DNA from: Chiloscyllium plagiosum
Lineage: Eukaryota
Length of the DNA: 64,000 bases
Reading direction: 5' to 3'
Assembly: GCF_004010195.1 (NCBI RefSeq)
Contig: NW_025215375.1
Coordinates: 1 to 64,000 of the forward strand
Positions 36,020 through 48,970 of the stretch are shown in pieces (the stretch's first letter is position 1; each line of letters starts with the position of its first letter). The notes beneath the pieces were generated by a model. The model ran no database searches. It had not been told where the DNA came from and was given only the letters and a program-made list of their open reading frames with translations. Made by a program: the position numbers and the translations under genes.

Positions 36020-36830
36020 GCAACACGGCATCAAGGTTTCCTCATCTTCTCTCCCGACCTTATCCCAGATCCAACCCTCCAACTCATCACCGCCCTCCTG
36101 AACTGCCCCACCTGTCCATTGTCCTTCCCAATTTACCACTCCACACTCTCACTATTAGCCCCCCAACATGCATTGTCCTATCATCTTCCCAACTACCTTC
36201 CCACCACGCCCCACACCGACGCTATTATCTGTCAGCCCTCCACCCCAACCGTCACATTCCTGATGAAGGGCTCAGGTCCAATATGTCAATTCGGCTGCTC
36301 TTTGGATACTGTCTGAACTGCGGTACTTCTCCAGTGACACACTTTAACACAAGCTGGAAGGACAACACCTCATTTTGTACCTGGGGACGCTTCAGCCTTC
36401 TGGCCTCAATATTGGATTCCATAATTTTAGGCCCTAAGTCTTCCCCGTCCTCGTCTCCTAGCCCCCACTCGTAGACCAGGCCTTGTTATTACACAGCCTG
36501 CCATTGCATATTACCTATAGGTAGCCGCTAACAGTCCCCATAAATAGATATTCATCCTGCCCCAGCCAGATCATTATCCACTCCTTTGTCCAACTGCTCC
36601 TATCTCTCTCTTTGGTCTCTGGTCCCATCTATCATTTCCTCCTTAAACTCTGCCTTCTGCATGTAAACCGACATTTTTTCTCAGTAAATTCAGTTCTGAG
36701 GAAGTTAATCGGATCCGAATTTTTAACTCTGATTTTTCTTCACAGATGCTGCAAGATATGCTGAGCTTTTCCAGGATCTTCTGGTTGTTGTTTCTGATTT
36801 ACAGCATACACAGTTCTTTTGGTTTTCATT
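36020..36830 (+). mobile_element. Two tandem Penelope-like 3' fragments, each ending in a hammerhead-like core
   Basis: Cores ctgatgaagggctcaggtccaatatgtc (36260) and ctgaggaagttaatcggatccgaatt (36696); GIY-YIG C-terminal remnant KLEGQHLILYLGTLQPSGLNIGF at 36351-36420. Confidence 0.8.
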
Positions 36831-37129
36831 TAGCGGAAGCTTGTAATTCAGGTCTAGCAGCCAACATCGTGTGGTTATAAATTCTCCCAGTACGCAAACT
36901 CAATTTCTCTCCCAGTCTCTGCTGTCTCTCCCACCTCCTCCACACTCACTGGGGCACGACACCTCCGACCCCCACCCCCTACCACCTCACATTGACACCG
37001 CACCAGTTTTGATCTACTGGGCCCACTCCTCATCCACTCCCATTGTATGTGGATCACACCAAATCTCCCATTGGTCTGAAGCTGCTGTCAATTATCCAGG
37101 ACCAATTGTGACACAAGTGTTGGGATCCT

Positions 37130-37530
37130 CCCAGGAGTGCAGGAGGCTGAGGGGTGGCCACATAGTGGTTTATAAAATCATGAGGGGCTTAGGTAGGATA
37201 AATAGACAAGGTCTTTTCCCTGGGGTTGGGGAATCTAGAACGAGAGAGCATAGGTTTAATGTAGGAGGGAAAAGATAAAAAAAGGGATATAAGGAACAAC
37301 GTTTTTCATGTAGAGAATGTTGTGTGTATGGAATCTTCTGTCAGGGCAAGTGGTGGCAGTTGATACAGTTATATCATTTGAAAGGCACCTGGATGGGTAT
37401 ATGAATAGGAAGGGTGTAGAGGGATATGGACCAACTGCTGCCATATTGGACTACGTTATTTTGGGATATCTGGTTGGCATGGACGAGTTTGACCGAAGGG
37501 TCTGTTTCAGTGCTGTACATGTCTATGGTT
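37130..37530 (+). mobile_element. CR1 3' end
   Basis: ECRRLRGGHIVVYKIMRGLGRINRQGLFPGVGESRTREH plus 3' UTR. Confidence 0.9.
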
Positions 37531-38027
37531 CTGCCCTGGGATGAGCTTCATCATTCACAGTGAATGGGACAGTATCAAAGAGCACAGGGGTTGGGGGCTA
37601 TTCATCCCATTGGGGCTGTACTCTCTCCCTCTGGAGATGCTGCAAACCTGTCCAAACTCCCCTCACGTTTACCCGTGGTCCTCCAGATTTATCCTCAAAA
37701 AGTTAAATTCCAAATCTGTTTTGAAAGTAACTGCTGAATCTGCAGCCAGCTGTGGCTCAAACTGTTCTAGATGCTCAGAACTTACTTAGTAAAATAATCT
37801 TCACATTTTTATCCTAAATTATTCGCCAGTTACCTGAAAGTAGCAGTACTAAACATTGTGACGTTAATAATTTCTCACCCTGTCTCTCTGCAAATTAAAT
37901 ATCCTGGAAACAAATCTGCTCCTGGTCCATATCACTGGTTAACCTTCTCAGCTCCAATGAGAATTATCTGAGCTTCTGCTAACTCTCCAGAAAAGAGAAA
38001 CCTACATTAATTTTGTTTTATTAGTTT

Positions 38028-39950
38028 CATAGAGATGTACAGCACAAAATACAGACCCTTTGGTCCAACGCGTGCATGCCGCCCATATATCCTAAATTAA
38101 TCTCGTCCCATTTGACAACACTTGGCCCATATCCTTCTAAACCTTTCCTAATCACGTATCCAATCAAATGCCCTTTAGCTATTGTAATTGCACCAGCTTC
38201 CACACTTCCTCTGACAGCTCATTCCATACACGTATCACGTGCAACTTGAAAACATTGTCCCTCAGATCCCTTTTAAATCTTTTCCCTCACACCTTAAGCC
38301 TGTGCCCTCCAGTGTTGGGTTCAGTTAACCATGGGAAAAGATCCTTGTTATTCACCCTATCCATGCACTTCACGATTTTTTCAATCTCTAAGATCATCTC
38401 TCAGCATCGATGTTTCAGGGACAACAGACTATTCAGCATCTCCCTGTAGCTCCAAACCTCAACCCTGGCAACACCTTTCCACATATTTTCGGAACCCTTT
38501 CAAATTTCACAATATCACTCCTACAGCGGGGAGACCAGGGCTGAAGGCAGAATTCCAGAAGTGGCAGAATTAATGCCCTGTAGAGCCACAAAATAATGTT
38601 GCAACTCCTGTACTCTATGCACTGACCAATAAATGCAGGTATACTAAACACCTTCTTCACTACCCTGCTTATCTCTGGTTCTACTTTCAAGAAATTATGA
38701 CCCTGCACTCCAAAATATCTTCGTTCAGCAACACTCACCAGGACCTTCCCATTAAACGAATAATTCCTGCCCTGATATGCTTTTCCAAAATGCAGCACCT
38801 CACATTTATTTCAACGGCACTCCATCTGCCACTCCTCGGCCCATTTGATTGAAGTCCCATTGTACTCTGAGGTAACCTTCTTCCTTGTCCACGACACCTT
38901 CAATTTTGATGACTACTGTTAACCTACTAACCATACCCCATATATTCACATAGGAATCATTTATATAAATGGTGAAAGCAGTGGACTCAGCACAGATCCT
39001 TCCAGCATATTGCTCGTCACAGGCCTCCAGTCCGAAAAACAACCCTCCACCAGAACCCTCTGTCTCCAACCTTCCAGCCAATTTTGTATCCAAATTGCTA
39101 GTTCTCTCTTTATCCCATGGTGTGTAATTTGCTAACCAGTCTGTTCTGTAGAACTTTGTTGAATGATTTTCTGAAGTGCAAGTCAGTGATGTCCATGCAC
39201 AAAGCCATGCTGACTGTCCCTAATTATTTCTTGCCTTTCCAATTACATCTAAATCCTATCACTAAGAAGCCCTTCGAACAACTTACTTGACTTGAGGCTC
39301 ACCGGTTTACTTGTATCTCTGACCTTTCCTCATCATCTTTCTCGAATAATGGCACCTGTCATGCAGCACCTTACCTGTGACCATCGGTGATGCAAATACC
39401 TCAGCAAGCGGCCAAGAAATCACTTCCCTAGCTTCCCACAAGATTCTAGGATTCACCTGATCATGTACTAGGGATTTATCAATCTTGATGCATTATACAA
39501 GATCCAGTACCTCCTCCTAACTAATGTGGGCACATGTCAAGTGAACACTATTTATGTCTTCAGGTCCTCTCACTTCCAGATCCGATTTCAGTAAAAGCTG
39601 ACATGAAATCCTCGGGTATTATCTCTCCCATCTCCTGCACTTCCACAGACAGCCTTGCTGATCATTGAGGGTCCCTATTCTCTGTCTGGTTACTCGTTTC
39701 TCCTTGGTGTATTTGTAGAACCTCTTTGGATTTTCCCTAAATCTATTTCCCAAAGCTATCTCATGTCCCGTTTTTGCCCTCCTAGTTTTCCACCAGTATG
39801 CTCCTCCTGCCCCCGTACTCCTCCAGAGATTCACTCAAAACCAGCTGTCTATACCTGCCATATCCCTCCTTCATGTTCTTGACTAGATCCTCAATTTCTC
39901 TCGACAGGCAGCATTCTCTACAACTATCAGCCTTGGCCTTAACAGGAATA
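38028..39950 (-). mobile_element. CR1 LINE (linker-RT-3' tail), decayed
   Basis: ENPKRFYKYTKEKR; TIYINDS; LHFGKA...LEFCLQPWSP. Confidence 0.92.
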
Positions 39951-39989
39951 TACTCTCTGTGTGCTACAGACCTATGGAGGCAATAGCAG

Positions 39990-41515
39990 ATGAGGACAGA
40001 GGTCAGAAAAGAGGTTGTGTCGGGAAAGTTAACAGCCTAAACGTAGATACGTCTCCTGGCCGTGATGGAATGCATCCCGGGGGCTATAAGAGATGGCAGA
40101 GGGTAAATAGCAACTGCACTCGTGATAGCTCACGAAACGTTGCTGGACTCTTGTTCTGAGAGACTGGAAAGCTGCAAATGTGATGCCAATATTTTAAAAC
40201 TGACCTCTTATCTTAATTTCTGTAATGGAGAAAATGCCTGAATCTCTCAAGGAAAAATAGTGAGCTATCTGGATAGAAATTGTGTCATCGAGCAGACACA
40301 GCATGGATTCATGAAACGGAGCACATGTTTAATTATTTACTCGAATTATTTGAGGACATTACGAGCGCGTTGGACAACGGAGACCCAGTGGTTGTGGTGT
40401 ATCTGGATTTCCAGAAGACATTCAACAAGATGCCACAAAAAAGACTGTTGTATATGATGCACGGCATTCTGGCTCATGTATTTGCATGGATACAGGATTG
40501 ATTAACTGACAAAAAGTAAAGAGTGGAGATAAATGGATGTTTGACGAGTGTTGGGACTACAATTGTTCACAATTCACACAGATGTTTTGGAGTTGAGGAC
40601 CAGGTGTCAGAGTTCACATTTGACATTAAGGTGAGGAAGAGCAATGTGTGCAGAGGCAACTGTAAGTCTACACAGGAATAAGGATAGGTGAGGTGAGTGG
40701 GGAAGGATCTGGCAGATGGAGGACAATATTGGGAAAGGTGAGGTCATGCATTTTGGTCGGACTAACAGCAAAATGGATGATGAAATGGTGAAAACTTGCA
40801 GCATGCTGCTGTGCAGAAGGAGCTGGGTGTCCTTGTGCATGAATCACAGGAAATTGGTTTGCAGGTGCAGCACGTAATTAAGGCAGCAAAGGCAATATTG
40901 TCCTTCATTGCTACAGGGATAATTATGCTGCAGCTGTACAGGGTGCTGGAAGGGCCACACCTGGGGTACTGTGTACAGGTTAGGTCTCGTTACTTAAGGA
41001 AGGATGTATTGGCACTGAAGGGAGTGCATAGCAGAATCACTAGTTTGAGCCTGGAGTTGCGAGTGTTGCCTTATGACGAGAGATTAAATAGACTGGGACG
41101 ATATACATTGGAATTTCGAAGAATTGGAGGTTGTATCCGAAAAAAAAATAAAATTATGAAGGGAGTAGATAAGATAGAAGCAGGGATGTTATTTCCACTG
41201 GGGACTGAGCAAACTAGGGAGCATAGTGTCAAATTAAGGGCGTATCAGATTTAGGACTGAGCTGATGAGGGACTTCTTCAATTAAAGGGTTGTGAATCTG
41301 TGGCATTTCCTGCTGAATGCAGCAGTTGAGGCTTTAATCTTGAATGTCTTTAGGTCAAAAGGTAGATTTACGAAAGGAAAGGAATTAAGGGTGATGATGA
41401 AAGAGCAGGAAAGTGGAGCTGAGGCCACGAAAATATCAGCCATGACCTTGCTGAATGGCAGAGCAGGCTTGAGGGGTCAGATAGCCTACTCCTGCTCCTC
41501 TCCTTACGTTTATAT
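39990..41515 (+). mobile_element. CR1 LINE RT-3' tail, decayed
   Basis: SPGRDGMHP; YLDFQKTFNKMP; PHLGYCVQVRS. Confidence 0.92.
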
Positions 41516-41659
41516 GTTCCCACTTTCCAGCAGTCCCATTACCTGGGAATAGCAAAGAAATAATAAAAGTTCTCGCCTTGTACCGTCAAAATTCGCGTTT
41601 GTCTAATTTAGAACACTACCTTTTAGATCTTTTAAAACTAGTGGAATTTTCAGAGTATT

Positions 41660-41876
41660 ACAACAGTGTGGAAGCAGCCCATTCAGCCCATAACATCCAC
41701 ACTGACTCTCAGAGATTCTCACCCGAGCCATGTAATGCTGCATTTCCCATGGATAATCCACCGAGCCTGCACTTGCCTGAACACTGGGCAATTTTGCCTT
41801 GATAATCCATCCAACCTGCATATTTTTAGATAGTGGGAGGAAACCCACAACCCTCGGACGAAACCCACGCAGATAC
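41660..41876 (-). mobile_element. HE1-like SINE, partial
   Basis: atccatccaacctgcatattttta..gtgggaggaaacc..gaaacccacgcaga. Confidence 0.8.
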
Positions 41877-41889
41877 TTACAACAATGTG

Positions 41890-43460
41890 ATCATCCCTTT
41901 CTTATTTCCCAGTTCCACTCAAATAACTTTACCGGTCTCCCAAAAATATCCTCCCTAAGCACAAATGTCATGCTGTCCCTAATCAAAAAAGCCACTCCGC
42001 CTCCTCTCATGTCCCCCTTCCTATCCTTCCTTTTGCATCTATAACCTGCAACATTAAGATGTCAGTCCTATCCATCCCTCAGCTTCGTTTACATAACACT
42101 CATGATATCCCAGTGCCACATTCAAAACCATACCCTGAGCTCATCTGCCTTCCCTGTCAGGACTCTTGCATTGAAATAAGTGCAGCTTAACTGGTCAGTC
42201 ACATCTCGTTCTCTCTCTTTCCCTTGCCTGCCTTGACTGTTTGTCTTCTGAATCGCACCGGCCTCAGACTTACCTCTCTTCTCACTCTCTCTTTGGGTTT
42301 ACCCCCAACCCCCTCACTGGTCTAATGCCTCCCGAATAGCACTAGCAATTCTCCATTCCGGGATATTAGACACCTTCCAATTCAGGTACAATCCATCCTT
42401 CTTGTGCACGTCAACTCTACTCCACAGGAGATTACAATGATCCAAAAATGTGAATCCTACACCAGCCCCTTAGCCACTCATTCATCTACTCCATCCTGCT
42501 ATTTGTCCTCTCACTAGCATGTAGCACCGGGAGTAATCCAGATATTATGATCAATGAAGACCTACTTTTCCAGGCTAATTTGCTATGTTCTCTCGGCAGG
42601 ATCCCATGCCATCGCCTTCCTATGTCATTGGTACCAATGTACAACGACCTCCCAATGGTCATTCTCCCCTTTGAGAACAGTATACTCCCTGTCTGAGACA
42701 TCCTTGACCCTGGCACCAGGGAGGGACCTCCCCATTCTGGTGTCTCACTTTCAGCGGCAGAAACGGCATTCTGTGCCCTATACCAGTCCCTAATCATCAT
42801 TGATAACCTGGAACCTGATATACTTCTCCATACATTAGAGATAGTCTCAGTACCAGTAACTTAGCTGTCAGTGCTATATTCCCCCGAGAGTCTATGACCA
42901 CCTACATTTTCCAGAACACTATACTTGTTTGAGATAGGAATACCCACAGGGTACTCCTGCTCTATCTACCTCCCTATCCTACCTTTCCGAGACATAACCC
43001 AGCTACCTGACTGTATCTGCAGTTTTCCAGCCTGAAACTGTCAGCTATCACATACGTTGACTCTTGTAAATTCTTCATTAACATTAACCAACGCTGCATC
43101 TGATCCATGCGATCCAAGAGGATTTGCATCCTCACTTCCTGCAGACTATCATCAGGATCATTAAAACTCTCCCTAATCTCTGATATCCAATAGGAAGAGC
43201 ACGTCCCTGTACGAAAGGCCATCTCTGCACCTTAATCTACAGACCCAGAAAAAGGCAGATTCTCACAGCTTCACAAAAGACTAATCTCGAATACATTAGT
43301 ACCTGTATTTTATATTTAAATCATTCAACCAAAAGATCATAAGACAGATACTTAAACAAATAACCCTTACCCTACTGAATGTTGCGGAATTCTAAACACA
43401 AAACTGATTAAGACTTACCTTTTAAGAGACTGAAACCCACTGAGCTGATCCCCGGATGTG
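41890..43460 (-). mobile_element. CR1 5' region: 5' UTR, ORF1 (Cys/coiled-coil N-terminus + SGNH esterase) and start of the endonuclease
   Basis: YIGTNDIGR...IIISGLLPV (esterase-type ORF1); CSSYWISEIRE...QILLDRMDQ. Confidence 0.85.
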
Positions 43461-43467
43461 AGTCATC

Positions 43468-45520
43468 GACATACAGCATGGAAACAGACCTTCGGTAAAA
43501 CTTGTCCATGCCGACTAGATATCCGAACCTAATCTCGTCCCATTTGCCAGCACTTGGCCGATATCCCTCTAAACCCTTGCTATTCATACACCCACCTAGA
43601 TGCCTATTAAATGTTGCAATTGTACCAGCCTTCACATCTTCATCTGCCAGCTCATTCCATAAATTCACCACCTTCGCGTGAAACAGTTGGCCCTTAGGAC
43701 CCTTTTATGTCTTTCCCCTCTCACTTTAATCGAATACCCTCTAGTTCTAGACTCCACCACCCCAGTGAAAATACATTGTCTATCTGTCTGATACATGCCT
43801 CTCATGATTTTATAAACGTCAAAGTTCACCCCTCAGCCTCTGACACTCCAGGGAAAACAGCTCCAGCCGATACAGCGTCTCCATACAGCTCAAACCCTCT
43901 GACCATGGCAACATCCTTGTAAATCTTTTTTGAAACTTTCAAGTTACACAACATCCTTCTGACAGGTGGAGAACAGAATTGCACACAATATTGCAAGCGT
44001 GGCCAAACCAATGTCCTGAACAGCCGCAAAATGACCTCTTGTACTCAATGGTCTGATCAATAAAGGAAATCATACCAAACACCATCACCATCGTATCTAC
44101 CTGTGCCTCTAGTTTCATGGAATTATGAACCTGCACACCGAGATCTATTTGTTCAGCAACACTCCCTAAGACCTGTCCATTAAGTGCATCAGTCCTTCTA
44201 AGCTTTGCTTTTCCAAAATGCAGCACCTCGCATTTATCTAAATTAAACTCCATCTGCCAATCCTCAACCCATTTGCCCATCTGAACAAGATCCCATTTTA
44301 ATCCGAGGTAGCCTTCTTCACTGTCCACGACACCTCCACTTTTTATGTCATCTGCAAACTTACTAAATATCCCTCCTATGTTCATATCCTGATCATTTAT
44401 ATAAATGATGAGAAGTAGCGGACCCAGCACCGATCCTTGTGGCACTCAACTGGTCACAGGCCTCCAGTCTGAAAAACAATCTTCCACCACCATCCTCTGT
44501 CTTCTACCTTTGAGCCAGTCTGTATCTAAATGGCTAGTTTTCCCTGAATTCCGTGAGATCTAACCTTGCTATCCAGTCTCCCATGGCAGCACCTTGTCAA
44601 ACGCCTTCTGAAGTCCATACAGATCACATCTACCAGTCTGCCTTCATCAATTCTCTTTGTTACATCTTCAAAAAACAGCTCAATCAAGTACGTGGCACAT
44701 GTTTTCCCACACACAAAGCCATTCTGACTATCTCTGATTATTCCTGATGAAGGGCTTTTGCCCGCAACGTCAATTTCGAAGCTCCTCGGATGCTACCTGA
44801 ATTGCTGTGCTCTTCCAGCACCACTGATCCAGAATCTGGTTTCCAGCATCTGCAGTCATTATTTTTCCCTCTTTTATCCCTAATCAGCCCTTGGTTTTCC
44901 AAATACATGCAAATCCTGTCCCTCAGTGTTTCTTTCCACCAACTTGTCTGGTTTTGACGTCAGGCTCATGCATCTGCAGTTCCCGGGCTTTTCCAAACCG
45001 CCTACATTAAATAATACCACCATATTAACCAACCCCCATTATTCTGGCACCACGGCTATGACTATCAATGATACAAACATCTCAGCAAGGGACCCAGCAA
45101 TCACTTCACCAGCTTCCCACTGAGTTTTAAGCTACACCGGATGAGGTCCTGGGGATTTATCCACCTCTATGTGTTTCAATATATCCAGTACCACCTCCTC
45201 TGTAATACAGACATTTTTCAAGTTTTTACCATCTGTGTCCCCACATTCGACATCATCCATGTCCTTCTCCACAGTAAAACACTGAGTCCAAATACTCGGT
45301 GAACGTCTCCCCCATCTCTTGCAGCTCCACATATAGGCTGCCTTCCTGATCTTTGAGTTGCCCTATTCTCTCTCTGGTGACCTTTTATTCTTAATATATT
45401 TATAAAAAACATTTGGATTATCCTTAACCCTATTTGCCAAAAATGTGTCCTGTCCCCTTGTTGCCTTACTTATTTCCCTCTTAAGTATATTCCAACTGCC
45501 TTTATACTCAAAGTCTTTTT
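43468..45520 (-). mobile_element. CR1 LINE RT-3' tail with a nested Penelope-like terminus
   Basis: PQGSVLGPLLLIIYIND...KFADDIK; DKSPGPHP; RLQYCVQFCSP. Confidence 0.95.
44741..44872 (+). ncRNA. Penelope-like terminus with the best-preserved minimal hammerhead ribozyme motif (probably inactive)
   Basis: CTGATGA-A-GGGC(TTTT)GCCC-GCAAC-GTC at 44744-44771; GAAA changed to GCAA. Confidence 0.75.
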
Positions 45521-45589
45521 GATTTTTGGAATGGAATAAATGAAAAATATTACAGTTTGATGAAATAAACGATGGCACGACTTAAACCG

Positions 45590-46180
45590 ATTAAAACTCG
45601 GGACTTCAATAGTGATATCGAACAAAGAGACTGAGGGGTTCAGGTCTTTGAAGTGTGTGTCACATGTCGACAGGATGGTGAAGGTGGTGTTTAACACGCT
45701 TACCTTCAATGCTCAGACCTTTCAGTATCGGAGTTAGGACGTCACGTTGAGGTTGTACAGGATGCTTTTGAGACCTCTTCTGGAATAAAGCGTCGAGTTC
45801 TGTTTGTTCCATTCGAGGAAGGATATTATTAAACTGGAGCAGGTTCAGAAGAGATTTACAAGGACGTTGAGTGGAATAAATGATTTGAATTATAAGCAGA
45901 GGCTGGATAGGCTGAGACTTCTTTCACTGGAGCCCAGGAGGTTGAGGGGTGATCTTATTAGAGGTTTATAAAATCATGGGGGGGGATGAAAGGTAATGTG
46001 AACTGCAGGTGCGCATTCCAGGAGGTACGCGATTCTAGATTGGGTACATACTTTTTAAGGGGAGGAGAGGAAGGCTTTCAAAAGATGTTTGGGATTTTTA
46101 AAAATTTTTACACAGAGAGTGGTTCACGTGTGGAATGGGATTCCAGAGGAAGTGGTTGCCGTGAATATAATTACAATTTC
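45590..46180 (+). mobile_element. CR1 3' fragment
   Basis: gttcagaagagatttacaaggac...aggttgaggggtgatcttatt. Confidence 0.88.
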
Positions 46181-46259
46181 AGGTTGGACCAGTTACTCAG
46201 TGGTTAGCAGATATTGGTAACCTTTGAAAACTTCAGAAAATAGCAGTATAGAGGAGATC

Positions 46260-47480
46260 ACACTGTCCACTGTCTGCATTGGACAAGAAGTAACGTTGCT
46301 TTTTGAAGCCCTAGTTTTGTCTCCCCAGTTGCTATAGGACGTCGGGTGCACATACCGGCTCCTTTTTTAAAATGGTTTGAGAGTTTCTGCTTCTACTCCG
46401 CTTCCATGTGTGACTCCAAGATTCTGACCATACTCTGGGTGAAATTACAATTTTCCTCAGCACTTCTCTAATATTTCAACGAATTACATTAAATATTCAC
46501 CACTGGTAACTGAGCTCTGCAACAGGAACAAGGTATTCTCTCCCTTTCTACCCAAGCTCCTAACAATATGTGCACCCCAATCAAATCTTCTGTCAGCATC
46601 CTCCATTCCAACTTTCCCCCATAACTGCACTTCTACAGTCACAGGGTAACGGATCTCCTCTGTACCCTCTCCTGTCCAATTCCATCCTTCCATGTAATGG
46701 GGTGACCAGAGCTGCACCCAGTCCCCAGACTGTGACTGAACTCATTATTTAGATAATTCCAACATCAGCTTCCTGCTCGGAAATTCTGCACTTTGGCTGA
46801 TAGAGGTAATAGTGCCATTTGCTGCATTAACGAAGTTATTGATGTTTCCAGCTATCTTTATTTGTCAGCCCACACTGACCGCACTCTCATTTATTGTATA
46901 CTTCCCACTATTGTTGATGTCCCCAAATGCCTTGCCTTGCACTTCTCTGGGTTGTTTGGTCCATTCACCTGGACGCCATAGTTTCTGTTTTCAAATTGAC
47001 TTCCATGGGATCTCTCGTCAAATCCAAGTAAGTCACATGCATTTACAGGTTAGTGCCTCAAATCGACACAGTCAGATTAATTACATATGATCTTCCTTGA
47101 ACAAATCCAGACCGACTGTCCTGGAATCCCTGGGAATTTCTCAGTGACTGTTTATCCACTGTCTCAGAATTCCAGCCTCCACCTATATCAGTCAGTCCCT
47201 TGCTCCACACTAAAGAAAATAACGGTGTTAGCCATTCTCCTGTCTTCTGGCACCATTCCTGCATCGAGAAGAATTGGGTAATGCAGATAAGTATAAGGCA
47301 GGGGATTTTCCCTGGCTCTTTTTAACAGACTGGAGCATTGTGTTACCCCTTTTTTCAGGATTTGAATATCCTGTATAATTCTCTGCTCCAAGTTTGTTGT
47401 CCCAATATATCACACTGCATCCCTACTTTGATTCAGACAGATTGAGGCCTACACTATCTTATGATTTGGTCAAGTCTCAT
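46260..47480 (-). mobile_element. Old, heavily deleted CR1
   Basis: QLWSPHY; MVPEDRRMAN; QSGFVQGRS-like remnants. Confidence 0.7.
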
Positions 47481-47739
47481 TTTATTCGAGTTTCATGGAG
47501 GGTTTCTCTCCACAAGATGAATTGCATTTTCTCATGATACCATCCCCAATCTGCCTCGTTAACTACCCTCCCTGACCACATGGTCTTCCTCTCATCTAGC
47601 ACTAACGTGATGATTTTTCCCTTGTCATAACAACTGCCCACTGTCTGGATATCCCAGAGTGCACCAGCCACCCTGTTCCATGGGTCATCTTTAAAAAGTG
47701 ATTATATTCTTGGATTGTCAAACCGAAACTGCCCAGGAG

Positions 47740-48385
47740 ATAGCAGAGAGGGTAGAACTGGGGCCACACTTTGTGGACAAGCCCCTAAGTTTATAGTGGA
47801 TGGCATGGTGCAGGAGAGGGACATTACCTTCCTCCAGGACTGGCAGGGAGGCCACGACACCAGACCCTGCCAGCTTGGTCCAATTTTGACCCCTGTGTCA
47901 GTGAGGTGCCAGCCTTCTGGGTGAATGCCCAGCGGTTAGGAAGGAGGTCAGTGACTTTCTCCACTCCACCATGTTAAGTGCCACCATGTGCACTTTTTGA
48001 CCTAACCCTCACTCTCTCTCTGCTACTGCACCCACCTCCCACAAAGGCTCATGTTCTCCCACTTTCACTGAATACAGCACCTTCTCTTGACATCTCTCTA
48101 AAGTCTTCTCTGTCCCTCTCCCCAACTCTGCCTGGTGTCTGTGCTGCCAACTCACTCACACAGGACACCTCGCTACCTTTCCCCCAGCTGTACTAGCTGT
48201 AACAAACAATTCCACCTCCCTTAATACCGCTTGGTAATTCTCACATTTCGGAAGAAACCACCCCACACGAGAGCAGAAAGAGCCAAGAGGGATGGGGGCT
48301 GCCCAGCATTCAACTCCTCACCCCCGAGGTCAATAAGATGTGTGTGGGGCAGACTGGTCAATGGACTAGCACATGGCGCTGGTCC
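47740..48385 (+). mobile_element. Harbinger/PIF-type Myb/SANT accessory gene remnant (two exons)
   Basis: Reconstructed across frameshifts: LGPHFVDKPL..VDGMVQERDI...RPRHQTLPAWS...VSEV...NAQR.RKEVSDFLHST, degenerate donor ttaagt at 47974; exon 2 from ~48251 AERAKRDGG.LPSIQLLTP. Confidence 0.65.
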
Positions 48386-48429
48386 AGGCGCGGTTCAATA
48401 TTTATAACAACGACCTGTAAACAACCATG

Positions 48430-48620
48430 TCTTGCAAGTATATCTCTTCTTGTGTGCCACCTAAACTCTGTAATTCTGCACCTTGAACCCGATCCTGAAT
48501 GAATGTGTTGTAAAGGTGATGGACTCCTGCAGCACATGGCATCTTACATTGAATCCCGCATAAACCATATCCATTGTATGTTAGCCCCACAATGTCAGTA
48601 TCCAAACAGAATTGTGCAAC
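48430..48620 (-). mobile_element. Tyrosine recombinase remnant, DIRS/Ngaro-like
   Basis: Minus strand CAAGVHHLYNT/HSFRIG (one frameshift), then ELQSLG-W. Confidence 0.5.
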
Positions 48621-48970
48621 TCAATTGATGGCCAGCATCATCCCAGCCCAACGACTTGCGTGTGACTTGAGCTGGAAACCTCTGTGTAACTGTTTGCAGC
48701 ATTGTTCTAACTATTAACAGCAAAGTCTCCTATTGAAGCTCTGACATCCTTACATAATACCAAATTTTAGATTGTCCAATGAGCTCAAAATCCATCCATT
48801 TACTCAGCTCACATTTATAACAACAATATGATTAAAACAGTGCACAACTCAAAGTAAGGAGCATCGAAATGATGAATCTCATTACCACATCCAAGACTAC
48901 ATTATTATTAATAGCAATAACTTTCAAAATATACATTTATTTTCCATTATATTAATATTGTGAACTCATA

